Source of the DNA: Bdellovibrionales bacterium
GTDB taxonomy: Bacteria; Bdellovibrionota; Bdellovibrionia; Bdellovibrionales; CAYMLA01
Direction of reading: 5' to 3'
Length of the DNA stretch: 64,000 nucleotides
Assembly: GCA_965217115.1 (NCBI GenBank)
Contig: OZ244239.1
Location: 1,440,001 to 1,504,000 of the forward strand
Within the stretch, counting starts at the first letter, position 1, and each line of letters starts with the position of its first letter. Both the position numbers and the translations under genes were made by a program. Under the pieces are notes generated by a model. That model saw nothing but the letters and a program-made list of their open reading frames with translations, was not told the DNA's origin and did no database searches. This document shows, one piece after another, positions 38,871 through 49,849 of the stretch.

Positions 38871-38898
38871 ACAAAGAGCCTAGATCTAAGGGGATAAA

Positions 38899-39402
38899 TT
38901 GTCACGACTTTTAGAGTTTAAGATAGATGTTTTACTAGAGACCCATCTCTCTGAACTGGAAGCTTTTGAAAAAGAGATCCTACGCAGTAAGTGCGATCAG
39001 GGTATTTATGTAAATGCCATGGAAGCAGAGATAAGTTCTTGGTCTTCCCCGTCTCGTCAAGAGTCTTTGGAGAGTTATTTGCCTAAGGGATGGTCTTTTT
39101 CTGTCAGAGATTTAAAAGAAAATAAACTATTAGGATATTTTTTGGGGCAACCATTGTTGTTTTTTCAAAAGCAAACACAGGTTTTATGGATAGAGCATAT
39201 GATGGCTTTGTCAGAGGCAGTGTATGATTGTTTGATCGAAGTGGCTTATAGGCAGGCTAGAGAGAAACATCTACAGAGAGTTTACTTTGCTAACTGCGAA
39301 GAAGAGTCTGTTGTTTCTAAGAAAATAGAGAAAGAATTTACAGGGGAAAGATGGGCTAAAGAGGTTTACGTCGTAGCAACAACAAAGGGGGCAAAGTGCT
39401 AA
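38899..39402 (+). CDS. Hypothetical protein (possible GNAT-like fold)
   Basis: ORF coupled to glpD. Confidence 0.6.
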   Translation: MSRLLEFKIDVLLETHLSELEAFEKEILRSKCDQGIYVNAMEAEISSWSSPSRQESLESYLPKGWSFSVRDLKENKLLGYFLGQPLLFFQKQTQVLWIEHMMALSEAVYDCLIEVAYRQAREKHLQRVYFANCEEESVVSKKIEKEFTGERWAKEVYVVATTKGAKC

Positions 39403-41012
39403 TGGAGTCATCTGTTCCAGAATTTTCTTGGATGACGAGAAGAGCAAATATAAAAAGACTTCAGACAGAGATCTTTGATCTTGTCATTATCGGTGGAGGT
39501 ATTAACGGAGCAGGAGTTGCGAGGGATGCTGCTAGCCGAGGGATGAAGGTCGCTCTTGTAGAGGCTCAGGATTTTGCTGAGGGGACAAGTTCTCGCTCAA
39601 GTAAACTTGCACACGGAGGAATTCGTTATTTAGAAAACTTAGAGTTTGGCTTGGTCCATGAGTCTTTGTCAGAAAGACAAACTCTTTTTGAAATTGCTCC
39701 GAATCTTTGTCGACCTTTAGAGTTTCTAATTCCTATTTTTTCATCAAGTCGTGTAGGTATGTGGAAAATGGGGCTGGGGATGTGGCTCTATGATTTACTT
39801 TCATCTTTGGGTTCTCCAGGTTTACATACTCATTGGGGGGTTGAGGAGTTAATAGATCAGGTTCCGAATTTAAAACAAGATAAACTAAAAGGTGGATATA
39901 GTTATTACGATGGATATATGGATGATGATCGGTTGGTAATTGAAACGTTAAGGTCTGCTCATCGTGCACAAGAGAGTGCCGCTATTTGCAATTTTGTGAA
40001 AGTAGAAGGATTAACTTTTACAGGTGATCGTTGCACTGGAGTTACTTGTGAAGATAGGGTTTCAGGAAAATCTTGGAGTGTGAAAGCTAAGAAGGTCGTG
40101 TCTTGTCTAGGGCCTTGGACTGATCTTTTTGCAAAATCTCATTTGAATCATTGGCGCACTTGTTTGCGGCCAACTAAAGGTGTTCATATTAGTTTTTCTA
40201 AGGAGAAATTTTCTTTAAGTAAAGCCGTAGTGATGGCAGTGGAGAAAAGAATTATTTTTGTTATTCCTAGGGATAACTATGTTTTGGTGGGAACAACGGA
40301 TACAGATTTTAAGGGTGACCCAGGTGCTGTGAGTGTTGAAAAAGAGGATATAGATTACATTCTGAATGCTCTTAGAGATTATTTCCCGGAACTGAAGTTA
40401 AGTATCAATGATATCATTGGTCGATACGCAGGAGTGCGACCTCTGGTTTTTGACGGAGCTGAGAGTGAGGGCAAAACGAGTAGAGAGCATAAAATTTATC
40501 AAGATTCCAGTGGGGTTGTTTTTCTTGTTGGTGGTAAATACACAACTTATAGGAAGATGGCTGAAGAGACGGTAGATAAGGTGTTGGATGATTTCTCTTT
40601 GGAGGATCAGGCCCTCTATGGGAGGAGCCAGACAAAAGAGCCTTTGCACAGGGAGTGTAGTTTGGAAAATTATCGTCGAACGCAGGCTTGGACTGAGGGA
40701 TTGTCAAATTCCTATGGAATGAACTCTGAGGATGTTCAAAAACTGATTCGTCGCCATGGCTTGTTGGCTTTTGAATTACTGAAAGAAGGTAGGGGTCAGT
40801 GGAGCTATTGGCAATGTGAGGCATACTACGGGGCTAACTACACTATGTGTCGAGGGCTATCAGATTTCTTTAAACGTCGGAGTGATGTATTTTTATCGGT
40901 TCGAGATAGAGGTGAGTCCATTGTTGATGAAATTCTAGGAGTTTTTGCCCAATATTTAGGTTGGGATCAGGAGGAATGTGAAAAACAAAGAATTGAGTTT
41001 AAAAGAGCGTAA
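39396..41012 (+). CDS. glpD: FAD-dependent glycerol-3-phosphate dehydrogenase
   Basis: IGGGING, GTSSRSSKLxHGGxRYL, GVRPL, GGKYTTYR. Confidence 0.93.
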   Translation: MLMESSVPEFSWMTRRANIKRLQTEIFDLVIIGGGINGAGVARDAASRGMKVALVEAQDFAEGTSSRSSKLAHGGIRYLENLEFGLVHESLSERQTLFEIAPNLCRPLEFLIPIFSSSRVGMWKMGLGMWLYDLLSSLGSPGLHTHWGVEELIDQVPNLKQDKLKGGYSYYDGYMDDDRLVIETLRSAHRAQESAAICNFVKVEGLTFTGDRCTGVTCEDRVSGKSWSVKAKKVVSCLGPWTDLFAKSHLNHWRTCLRPTKGVHISFSKEKFSLSKAVVMAVEKRIIFVIPRDNYVLVGTTDTDFKGDPGAVSVEKEDIDYILNALRDYFPELKLSINDIIGRYAGVRPLVFDGAESEGKTSREHKIYQDSSGVVFLVGGKYTTYRKMAEETVDKVLDDFSLEDQALYGRSQTKEPLHRECSLENYRRTQAWTEGLSNSYGMNSEDVQKLIRRHGLLAFELLKEGRGQWSYWQCEAYYGANYTMCRGLSDFFKRRSDVFLSVRDRGESIVDEILGVFAQYLGWDQEECEKQRIEFKRA

Positions 41013-41081
41013 ATTTCCGGGGTTGATAACTAGGTGCGAAAAAACACACGGTGAAGCTGGGCTAGTGTATAACTAACTGTA

Positions 41082-41110
41082 TTGACTCTTTTTTGATGAA
41101 TGTCTAGAGT
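41082..41110 (+). promoter_or_regulatory. sigma70 promoter of mreB
   Basis: TTGACT-N17-TAGAGT. Confidence 0.55.
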
Positions 41111-41138
41111 GGGTATGTATTGATTAGGAGAAATTTAA

Positions 41139-42197
<1,059 letters not shown>

Positions 42198-42213
42198 CTA
42201 AAATAGAGGGGTT

Positions 42214-42642
42214 ATGACAGATAGAGATGTTCACTTAATCTCTGCGTTTTTCTTTTATGTTTTTCTAGATGAGGATATGGCTGTACGGGCTTCGCATAGA
42301 GCTTTCCCTGTTATAAACAAAAAAATAAAAAAAAACAAATTAGAGAAAGATTCAGTTTTTGTTACGACCACCTTTAGTTTATGGAACTCCTATCGGAAAC
42401 ACTTAGATCAGAAAATAAAAATCAGAGAAGAAAAGATGACATCATTTTCCTTGAGCACTGTGTATTTGGAAAAGTGGATTTCTTTTCGAGAAAAAGCTGC
42501 TGAAGATGAATTTCTTGCTGTTATTTGGAATAAAGTTTTGGGTATTTCAGAAAAAGACATTTCTTTAGGACTAGGGGTGGGATTGGGAACAGTTCGATAC
42601 CGTGTTGGCAGAGGGCTATCACTATTAGGTGAGCAAGCATGA
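42214..42642 (+). CDS. Hypothetical protein, degenerate ECF-sigma region-4-like
   Basis: C-terminal SEKDISLGLGVGLGTVRYRVGR HTH. Confidence 0.55.
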   Translation: MTDRDVHLISAFFFYVFLDEDMAVRASHRAFPVINKKIKKNKLEKDSVFVTTTFSLWNSYRKHLDQKIKIREEKMTSFSLSTVYLEKWISFREKAAEDEFLAVIWNKVLGISEKDISLGLGVGLGTVRYRVGRGLSLLGEQA

Positions 42643-43442
42643 ATTGGGAGTTTAGTTTTTCCAAATATGGCAAAAGAAATTTATCAACTTTTTTCGCAAA
42701 GCAGATGTTATTTGATTATGTAGAAGAAGAACTTGATGATGAGAGGATGGGTGCCTTTGAGGATTATTTATCCTGTCATCCTGAATTTAAAAAAAAAATA
42801 GAGAACATTGAAAAAGGAATTTATTTTTGTAAAAAATTACAGCAAATAAAGTTATCAAATGAGCTACAAGAAGAGTTTAGAAAAAAATTAGAAAAGAAGC
42901 CTTTAATAAAGAGAACATTTTTTCCATATTGGAAAACAAAAACTTTAGTGACAGTGGTAATTGTTATGCTTTTTATTTATAGAGATAAAATTGAAAATCT
43001 TTGGATAAGCCAAATTCTAAATAAGAGTTCAACAATAGTGAAAGTTGATAGAGACAAGAAATTTCAGGTGATTCCTCGTTATGTCAATGAAGAACCAATC
43101 TCTTCTTTTAATATCGGTTTAAGTAAAAAAGTAGAAGAAAAAGAGACTGGCAAAGGTGCCGTCTACAGAGTATTCATGGAAAACAAAAATATAGAGGAGA
43201 CTTCAGATATCATTGTTAATAAGATTATAGATTTAGGTGGTCGAAAAGCGGGCGAAGTTAAGCTTGGTTGGAAGAAAAAAAAGGGGAGTTATTTTTATTT
43301 TATTTTACCGGAGAAGAATAAAAAGGAATTAATGGATTTTCTTAAACAGTTTTCTGTTGTGAGGGTGGAAAAACAACCGCATGAGCGTATTATAAGTTAT
43401 GGAAACATTAGGCTTATTCTTTGGGTTAAAGAAAATAAATAA
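42639..43442 (+). CDS. Anti-sigma-like membrane protein
   Basis: LFDYVEEELD..FEDYLSCHPE N-terminus, one TM segment. Confidence 0.5.
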   Translation: MNWEFSFSKYGKRNLSTFFAKQMLFDYVEEELDDERMGAFEDYLSCHPEFKKKIENIEKGIYFCKKLQQIKLSNELQEEFRKKLEKKPLIKRTFFPYWKTKTLVTVVIVMLFIYRDKIENLWISQILNKSSTIVKVDRDKKFQVIPRYVNEEPISSFNIGLSKKVEEKETGKGAVYRVFMENKNIEETSDIIVNKIIDLGGRKAGEVKLGWKKKKGSYFYFILPEKNKKELMDFLKQFSVVRVEKQPHERIISYGNIRLILWVKENK

Positions 43443-43476
43443 TTAAATTATTATATTATAAGTTGAAAGGTTTTAT

Positions 43477-45411
43477 ATGGGAAAGATGAGTTTTTTACAA
43501 AAGCCAAGAAAATCTTTAGGATCAATTTTAGTAGGATTGTTTTTATTGTTTTCTATTGCACCGTTGGTTTTTGTAACATTTATTTATTATATTAATTCAG
43601 AAAAAGCTCTCAACTCAGAGATGTTGCGTCGTCTAGATGGAAACGTACGAGAGGTTAATCTAGTTTTAGAGGACTATAAGTCTGTCTTAGTTCGGCGAAG
43701 TCAAAAAATAAAAGATAATAAGATGCTATTATTTTACCTATCATCTAGTTCTTTTTTAGGCTTAAATCAATTTTCTAAAAAATGGCTTGAGGGAGGAGTT
43801 GAATCCAGTGTTTCTTTTTTCAGTCGTCAAGGTCAGATGTCGTCAACTGCTTTTAGGAATTCTGAAGGGGAAATAGAGCGTAATTTTGGAAAGAAAGTGG
43901 CAGAATTTTTCCTACCTGAAGACACATTAGCTCTTTTAAATAAAAAAAATGAGGTTTCATTTCTTGAGATATCAAAAAACGGAGAAGATGTTGAAAAGCA
44001 TTTGACGCTTCTGCATTATAAAAAGTTTTTTAATAGTTATAATAAACCTATTGGATATGTTGAATTATCAATTAATTTAAGTCATCAATTTTTGGAAAAA
44101 TTAAAAGAAAGATTGGGCATCGAATTAAGTATTTTAGATAAGAGTGGCGGAGTTATTATCTCTACCAAACAAAACCTTGGATCGAATTATTTTTCTCAAG
44201 AAGCTATTAAAGAAGTTGGGAAATTGTTAGATGCAAATATTCATGGCGAAAATTTTGGATTTACGATTAATCACGTGGATTGGGGAGGGAAGGGGCTTTA
44301 TCTTCTTGTCGGAGCATCAAAAAAATCTGCAGAGAAATTAAGAGAAGAAACCTTGCTCTCGTTTTCATTAGTTGTTCTTGTCATAGCTTTTTTTCTGATT
44401 ATTGCAACAATGATGACTTCAAGAAAAATTGTAAGACCGATCAATCATCTCGTAATTGCTTTGCAAGAGTTTAGAAAAGAGGAGAAAGCTTTTTCTTTGA
44501 ATGTTAAGGATGCTACTGAATTGGGAATTTTAACGTCGTCATTCAATAAAATGTCACAGCGGGTAGCTTCTTCTCGTATAGAGTTAAGAGATAAAATTGA
44601 TGAATTAGAAAAAACGAATAGAAGTTTACATGAGACGCGAGCAAAGTTGGTCCATTCGGCAAAAATGGCAAGTTTAGGTCAGTTGGTCGCAGGCGTAGCA
44701 CATGAACTAAACAATCCTATCGGATTTATTCACAGTAATATGGTTTACCTAAAAGAGTACTCCCAAGCATTATTGAAATTAGCACAATTAAAATTCTCTG
44801 GAGAGGAAGAAGAAGTAGAAAAATTTAAAGAAACGATAGAATTTGACTATATGTCTGAGGATTTACCCCGTTTAATTAAATCCTGTGAAGATGGTGCTAG
44901 AAGAATTAAAGATATTGTTTTAGGCTTACGAAATTTTTCTCGTTTAGATGAGGCTATAGAGAAAAAAATAGATATCCATGAATGTCTTGAGGATACGCTG
45001 CAGCTTCTTCATGGAGAGATAAAAACACGAGTGAAAGTGCATAGAGAGTTCAGTGATATTCCCGAAATCTCCTGTTGTCCCAGCGAATTGAATCAAGTAT
45101 TTATGAATATCTTATCTAATGCTGTTCAGGCGATTGAAAAAGAGGGTGATATCTGGATTGTGACTCAAATCATAGAAGAAAACTCTGTGAGCCGTCTTAA
45201 GATTTCTATACGGGATAATGGAAAAGGAATGGCTGAAGCCACAGTTGAGAGGATATTTGATCCCTTTTTTACAACGAAAATGGTGGGAGAGGGTACGGGG
45301 CTTGGCTTGAGTATTAGTCACGGAATTATAGAGAGACATGGTGGCAGTATATTTGTCTACTCGGACCTAGACAAAGGAACTGAGTTTATTATTCATCTTC
45401 CTATTTGCTAG
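43477..45411 (+). CDS. Sensor histidine kinase (HAMP, NtrB-like core)
   Basis: AHELNNP, N, G1 DNGKG, F FDPFFTTK, G2 GTGLGL. Confidence 0.95.
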   Translation: MGKMSFLQKPRKSLGSILVGLFLLFSIAPLVFVTFIYYINSEKALNSEMLRRLDGNVREVNLVLEDYKSVLVRRSQKIKDNKMLLFYLSSSSFLGLNQFSKKWLEGGVESSVSFFSRQGQMSSTAFRNSEGEIERNFGKKVAEFFLPEDTLALLNKKNEVSFLEISKNGEDVEKHLTLLHYKKFFNSYNKPIGYVELSINLSHQFLEKLKERLGIELSILDKSGGVIISTKQNLGSNYFSQEAIKEVGKLLDANIHGENFGFTINHVDWGGKGLYLLVGASKKSAEKLREETLLSFSLVVLVIAFFLIIATMMTSRKIVRPINHLVIALQEFRKEEKAFSLNVKDATELGILTSSFNKMSQRVASSRIELRDKIDELEKTNRSLHETRAKLVHSAKMASLGQLVAGVAHELNNPIGFIHSNMVYLKEYSQALLKLAQLKFSGEEEEVEKFKETIEFDYMSEDLPRLIKSCEDGARRIKDIVLGLRNFSRLDEAIEKKIDIHECLEDTLQLLHGEIKTRVKVHREFSDIPEISCCPSELNQVFMNILSNAVQAIEKEGDIWIVTQIIEENSVSRLKISIRDNGKGMAEATVERIFDPFFTTKMVGEGTGLGLSISHGIIERHGGSIFVYSDLDKGTEFIIHLPIC

Positions 45412-45491
45412 GACGTGCTGTCATTTGATCTGGGATATAACAATGACTCCTTCAGTCTTTATGATTTTAGTGATTTAAACCGATAAGACAT

Positions 45492-46109
45492 GTGATGAAT
45501 CATGGAAAGAGAGAAAATAAGAAATCTCTATGGGGCTTTTGTTTTTTAGCCTGTGGCTTAGTATTGCTAGCATTTCTCTTGCATTCAAATAAGAGGGATA
45601 TTCCAAATAAGAGAGATACTCCAAATAAGACATTAAATCGATCAGAGAAAAGAGAGCCCCTCGATGCGCGTGTGAATTATCATCTTCGTGAATTAGAGCG
45701 TCGTCAAAATAAAGAGAAGCTAGATGTTCAGTTTGAGAATTCTAAATCAAAGACACTTTCAATTAAAGAGCATGGGTATTTAAAGAAAAAATTCTCTACT
45801 GAAGAAAACGGTGTTCGTTTTGATGAAGAAGTGAATTATGCTGATATTAATGATAATCTTGATGAAGAAGAGGAAGGGGTTGTTGATGGAATTCGCCAAC
45901 AATTGCAGAGAGCCTATGAAGATCAAGAATATAATGAGGCTTATAAAAAAGCTTATATTCATGAATTTGTTGAAAATGCCAGACGTGAGGGTTTTGAAGT
46001 TTCTATTAACGATGATTTAGAAGTTGTACGGGTTAGAAGAATTCGTGAGCCATCGGGTTATCGATCTCCAGACTCTGTTAAAGAAGGGCAAACTTCAGGC
46101 GTTCCTTAG
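45492..46109 (+). CDS. Hypothetical membrane-anchored protein
   Basis: N-terminal TM; 18-bp repeat x2.5 at 45586-45630. Confidence 0.7.
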   Translation: MMNHGKRENKKSLWGFCFLACGLVLLAFLLHSNKRDIPNKRDTPNKTLNRSEKREPLDARVNYHLRELERRQNKEKLDVQFENSKSKTLSIKEHGYLKKKFSTEENGVRFDEEVNYADINDNLDEEEEGVVDGIRQQLQRAYEDQEYNEAYKKAYIHEFVENARREGFEVSINDDLEVVRVRRIREPSGYRSPDSVKEGQTSGVP

Positions 46110-46600
46110 ACAGAGATATTAAACCAATTTTGATCGGCAAAGCTTGTGTATTTATCTGGTGTCATAACTAGATGATCGATGATTGGTATTTTGAGAATCT
46201 TTGCCGCTTTAAGTAAAAGCTCAGTCACTTCAAGGTCTTCAGAAGAGGGATGTGGATCTTCATTAGTGTGATTGTGGGCAATAAGAATTTGAGTGGCATT
46301 GCACTTAATTGTGTAGAGAAAAACATCTCGAGGATGAATATGACAGTAATCTACAGTGCCCCGTGCAATGGCTTTCAATCCGAGGCATTTAAGTTGGGAG
46401 CTTAGTGCTAAGACCCAAAATTCCTCTACTTGTAAGTTTTTAATGCGCTTCTTAAAAAGTTCAAAAGCATGTAAGCTTGAGCGAATATACATATTAAATA
46501 AACAAGAGAGCAAAGAGAAGACCACATAGAAGGTGGTCTTCCTAGGGATAGGATATGAGTGATTCGGATACTTGTCCCAGTGCATTGAGACTTGTACCAT
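46106..46600 (-). CDS. radC: RadC-like JAB-domain protein
   Basis: EEFWVL..GTVD..HPRDVF..AHNH..PSSED..IDHLV; start uncertain. Confidence 0.8.
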   Translation of the reverse strand: MVQVSMHWDKYPNHSYPIPRKTTFYVVFSLLSCLFNMYIRSSLHAFELFKKRIKNLQVEEFWVLALSSQLKCLGLKAIARGTVDYCHIHPRDVFLYTIKCNATQILIAHNHTNEDPHPSSEDLEVTELLLKAAKILKIPIIDHLVMTPDKYTSFADQNWFNISV

Positions 46601-46666
46601 GGGACATTTTCCTCTTTAATTTTGGTTATTCTGTGAAACTCAAGAAAATGAAAGGATGGAGATGTA

Positions 46667-47266
46667 ATGAAATTTATTTTATGGATATCATTAACGATTG
46701 TTCAGTTAGTTTTATTAAACTCATGTAGCCCTAAGGGTTTTATTCGTGGTGCTTATGATAAAGATGTAAACAAAGAGAACTTATTAAATGATAAGTGGTC
46801 AGAGTCTGATATGCAGAGTGCAGTGACAAATTTGGTTGTCAGTATGTCAAAACATCGAATTATTCGTCGAGCAAGAAAACCACCTATTGTTTTGATCACT
46901 CGGTTACATAATAAAACGAGTGAGCATATTGATACTCAAAGTATTATGGATATGGTAAGTGTTGAGCTGATGAAAACAGGAGATGTTGTCTTTGTAGATA
47001 AAGCGGCAAGAGAAGATTTAGCTAATGAGTACAAATATCAAACAGAGAACACATCAGAGTCTTCACGTAAGTATAAAGGTGGGCAAACGGGGGCTGATCT
47101 GGTTCTTAATGGTCGTATTGACTCCATTGTACAAGAAGTAGGGAAAGACAAAACGGTGTATTATAAAATCACATTAAATTTAACTAATTTGAAAACAGGT
47201 CTGAAGGTTTGGGCTGATCAGAAGCAAATCCGTAAAAAGTTTAAGAAAAAATCTTTAGGCTGGTAG
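46667..47266 (+). CDS. LpoB-like lipoprotein
   Basis: Lipobox LNSC; NKTSEHIDT; GADxxLxGxI. Confidence 0.8.
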   Translation: MKFILWISLTIVQLVLLNSCSPKGFIRGAYDKDVNKENLLNDKWSESDMQSAVTNLVVSMSKHRIIRRARKPPIVLITRLHNKTSEHIDTQSIMDMVSVELMKTGDVVFVDKAAREDLANEYKYQTENTSESSRKYKGGQTGADLVLNGRIDSIVQEVGKDKTVYYKITLNLTNLKTGLKVWADQKQIRKKFKKKSLGW

Positions 47267-48502
47267 ATGAAACGATGGGGGTATTGTTGCTGGGGAGTCA
47301 TATTTTTACTGACATCTGGTTGTGCATCTTATCAATCGCAGGTAAAGGAAGCTCGAAACAGTATCAAGAGCCGTCAATTTAGTTTAGCAGCAAATCAGTT
47401 AAAACCATTGGCTGAAGCACAAACCGATGATCAGCTTGTCTATCTTCTTGATTACGGTATGGCCTTGCATTTAGCAGAGGATTTTGCGCAGAGTAATCAG
47501 ATCTTTTTAAGGGCTGTGCAGTTAGCTGAAGCAAAGGATTATCACAGCGTTTCTCGCATTACTGGCTCATTGGTTTTTAATGAGGGATTTGTTCAGTACA
47601 AAGGTGACACCTATGAAAAATTATTAATACATGTTTATCTAGCTCTTAATTATTTATTTTTAAATGACTTGGAAAACTCTTTGGTTGAGATACGACGATT
47701 AGATGAATTATTGTCTAAATTTCAAGTTGAGATGAAAAAAAAATATCAACAAAATTCCTTTGCTCGTTATCTCTCGGCCATTATTTGGGAGGGAAGTAGA
47801 AAGTGGGATGACTCCTACATAGACTTTAAAAAAACATGGAATATTGACCCATCCATTGGGTTATTACAAAAGGACTTGCTACGCTCCTCCTATAAGGCAC
47901 AAAGATTTTCTGAATATAGAAAGTGGAAAAAAAAATTTGTTGGAGTTCGCGAAGAGCGTAAAACTTGGAATGATCGTCGTTATGGAGAGGTCGTACTTAT
48001 TTATCAACAGGGTTGGGGACCACGAAAAGCCCCCCGTAGGAGGGCTTTTCAATTTCCTCAGCTAATACCTCGTCGAGGTATTACTCAAAGCGCACGATTA
48101 ACGGTTGAGGGGGTGGGGTCTTTTGATTCAGAAGTGGTTTATAATTTAGAGAAAATAGCTATTAAGACATTGAATGATGACTATGGAGCTTTGATTGCAA
48201 AAAGAGCTGCGGGTATTGTGGCTAAAAAGATTTTGTCAGATAAAATTAAGAAAGAAAATAAAAATCTGGGTCATTTAGCTTTGGCAGTAATGAGAGCGAC
48301 AGACCAGGCAGATTTACGTCAGTGGTCCACCTTGCCGAGAACTCTTCAGATTGTAAAACTTAGGCTCCCTAAGGGCAGATACACTTTAAACATCGATGGC
48401 TTAGGAGAGGATGATGTCATTACAGAGAGGGGGGTTCAGGGAGAGGAGATTCAAATTCGACCTGGGCAAAAGGTTTTTCTTAACTGGCGTTCTGTCTTGT
48501 AG
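47267..48502 (+). CDS. COG3014-like TPR lipoprotein
   Basis: Lipobox TSGC; YKGxxYEK; ADLRQWSTLP. Confidence 0.8.
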   Translation: MKRWGYCCWGVIFLLTSGCASYQSQVKEARNSIKSRQFSLAANQLKPLAEAQTDDQLVYLLDYGMALHLAEDFAQSNQIFLRAVQLAEAKDYHSVSRITGSLVFNEGFVQYKGDTYEKLLIHVYLALNYLFLNDLENSLVEIRRLDELLSKFQVEMKKKYQQNSFARYLSAIIWEGSRKWDDSYIDFKKTWNIDPSIGLLQKDLLRSSYKAQRFSEYRKWKKKFVGVREERKTWNDRRYGEVVLIYQQGWGPRKAPRRRAFQFPQLIPRRGITQSARLTVEGVGSFDSEVVYNLEKIAIKTLNDDYGALIAKRAAGIVAKKILSDKIKKENKNLGHLALAVMRATDQADLRQWSTLPRTLQIVKLRLPKGRYTLNIDGLGEDDVITERGVQGEEIQIRPGQKVFLNWRSVL

Positions 48503-48562
48503 AATTTTTTTTCTACAAGGAGATTTAGAGCCTCTTTGCTTGAAGTGGATTAAGGATGCTAT

Positions 48563-48595
48563 AAAAAAAAGCCGAAATATTTTCGGCTTTTTTTT
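48563..48595. terminator. Bidirectional intrinsic terminator
   Basis: A8-GCCGAAA-tat-TTTCGGC-T8 between convergent genes. Confidence 0.9.
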
Positions 48596-48651
48596 ATTAT
48601 ATTTTAGGTAGGGAAAAGAAAAGATTCCCTATCACACGGAAAACATTCCTA

Positions 48652-49203
48652 TTAAGGATTAAAACTTAAGTTTGATCCAGGTAGGCTAGGTGTTTCTTCA
48701 TCGAAACCGCCAACATTATTTGTCGCTTTCTCTGCAGCGACCTTTACGGTGGAGTCCCTATTAGTGTCTGTGTTTGTAACCCTTGTCTCGAGGTTTTGTC
48801 TGAGGCTATCGGTTGACGACTTATTAGCAAATATAGCAGCAGGGGCTGGCTGAGGTTGTTTTGTCATATAGTCTCTAGGGAAGGCTCCTAATTTTGCTAA
48901 GTAGGATGAAATACTTCCGTTTTCGTTTTGTATAATTTCACGCAAAGTAAAAAGAGGGGCATATTGAGAAGCTCTCTTTTCTGCTTCAAAAATAATCTGA
49001 GTGAGCGTTGCCAAGGTGATGTCATTTTTGCTCTTATTGTCGATAACCATAACCTCTTCGTTAGCGCGAATCATTTTAGCGATATCGTCTAAAGTGACAT
49101 AACAGCTCTGTTGAGTGTCATAGAGCTTGCGATTTTGGTAACGCTTGATAATCTTAGTTTTTGTAGCCGTCTTTGTTGAAGACAGTATTTCGTTATTGGT
49201 CAA
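48652..49203 (-). CDS. PhaR-type DNA-binding domain protein
   Basis: IIKRYQNRKLYDT..YVTL..DIT..TLTQII; GGAGG RBS. Confidence 0.85.
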   Translation of the reverse strand: MTNNEILSSTKTATKTKIIKRYQNRKLYDTQQSCYVTLDDIAKMIRANEEVMVIDNKSKNDITLATLTQIIFEAEKRASQYAPLFTLREIIQNENGSISSYLAKLGAFPRDYMTKQPQPAPAAIFANKSSTDSLRQNLETRVTNTDTNRDSTVKVAAEKATNNVGGFDEETPSLPGSNLSFNP

Positions 49204-49333
49204 GGTATCCTCCCGCTTAAGTAATCTTCCTAAAAAAACATAGACAAGGAGCTATTTACAGCACCAAGTCATTAACTATAGGCCCGAACTCTTTTCAAGG
49301 CCCCATTGCCGAACGTGTCGCCAATTGAGAGGG

Positions 49334-49363
49334 ATACTAGGAAATTTCGCCACATCTTGTCAA
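49334..49363 (-). promoter_or_regulatory. sigma70 promoter
   Basis: TTGACA-N18-TAGTAT. Confidence 0.6.
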
Positions 49364-49784
49364 GTAATCAGTTAGAGAAAATAAAGTAAAAATAAAATTT
49401 ATTTAGAAAAGAGTTGGTGTCTGTAGATAAAATGGCATGCTATCTGCCTCTGTTTGGATTTGAAGGGAAATTAAGTTATTTAATCACAGGGCGTCGTTCT
49501 GTGAAATACAAGTAAAAACAAGTAATTACCTTGTTTATGGGGGGATTAGTTTTTTTATTCTCGAATTGTTTCAAAAAACTCAAAAAGAGGCGGGAGTTTT
49601 CCGAGTTTTTTTAGTTAAGTCATCATTTTTGTAAAAAAGACTCACTATAAAACCTTCTTTGATCTTGGGTTTTTAGCCCTTCTTAAGTCTAACCACTTGG
49701 TAACAGCCTTGTTTGATGTGTCGCAAGAGAGTCTGAACTTTAGAAGAGTTCTATGGGTCTTTTTGGTCGTGAAGATGTTTTGGT

Positions 49785-49812
49785 TCAAGGCTTTAGTGAA
49801 AAATGCCGAATC
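49785..49812 (+). promoter_or_regulatory. Possible sigma28 (FliA) promoter
   Basis: TCAAG-N15-GCCGAATC upstream of the TPR gene. Confidence 0.4.
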
Positions 49813-49849
49813 TTTGTATAACTCACTTCGCTTTTGTTAGGAGGGAAGA

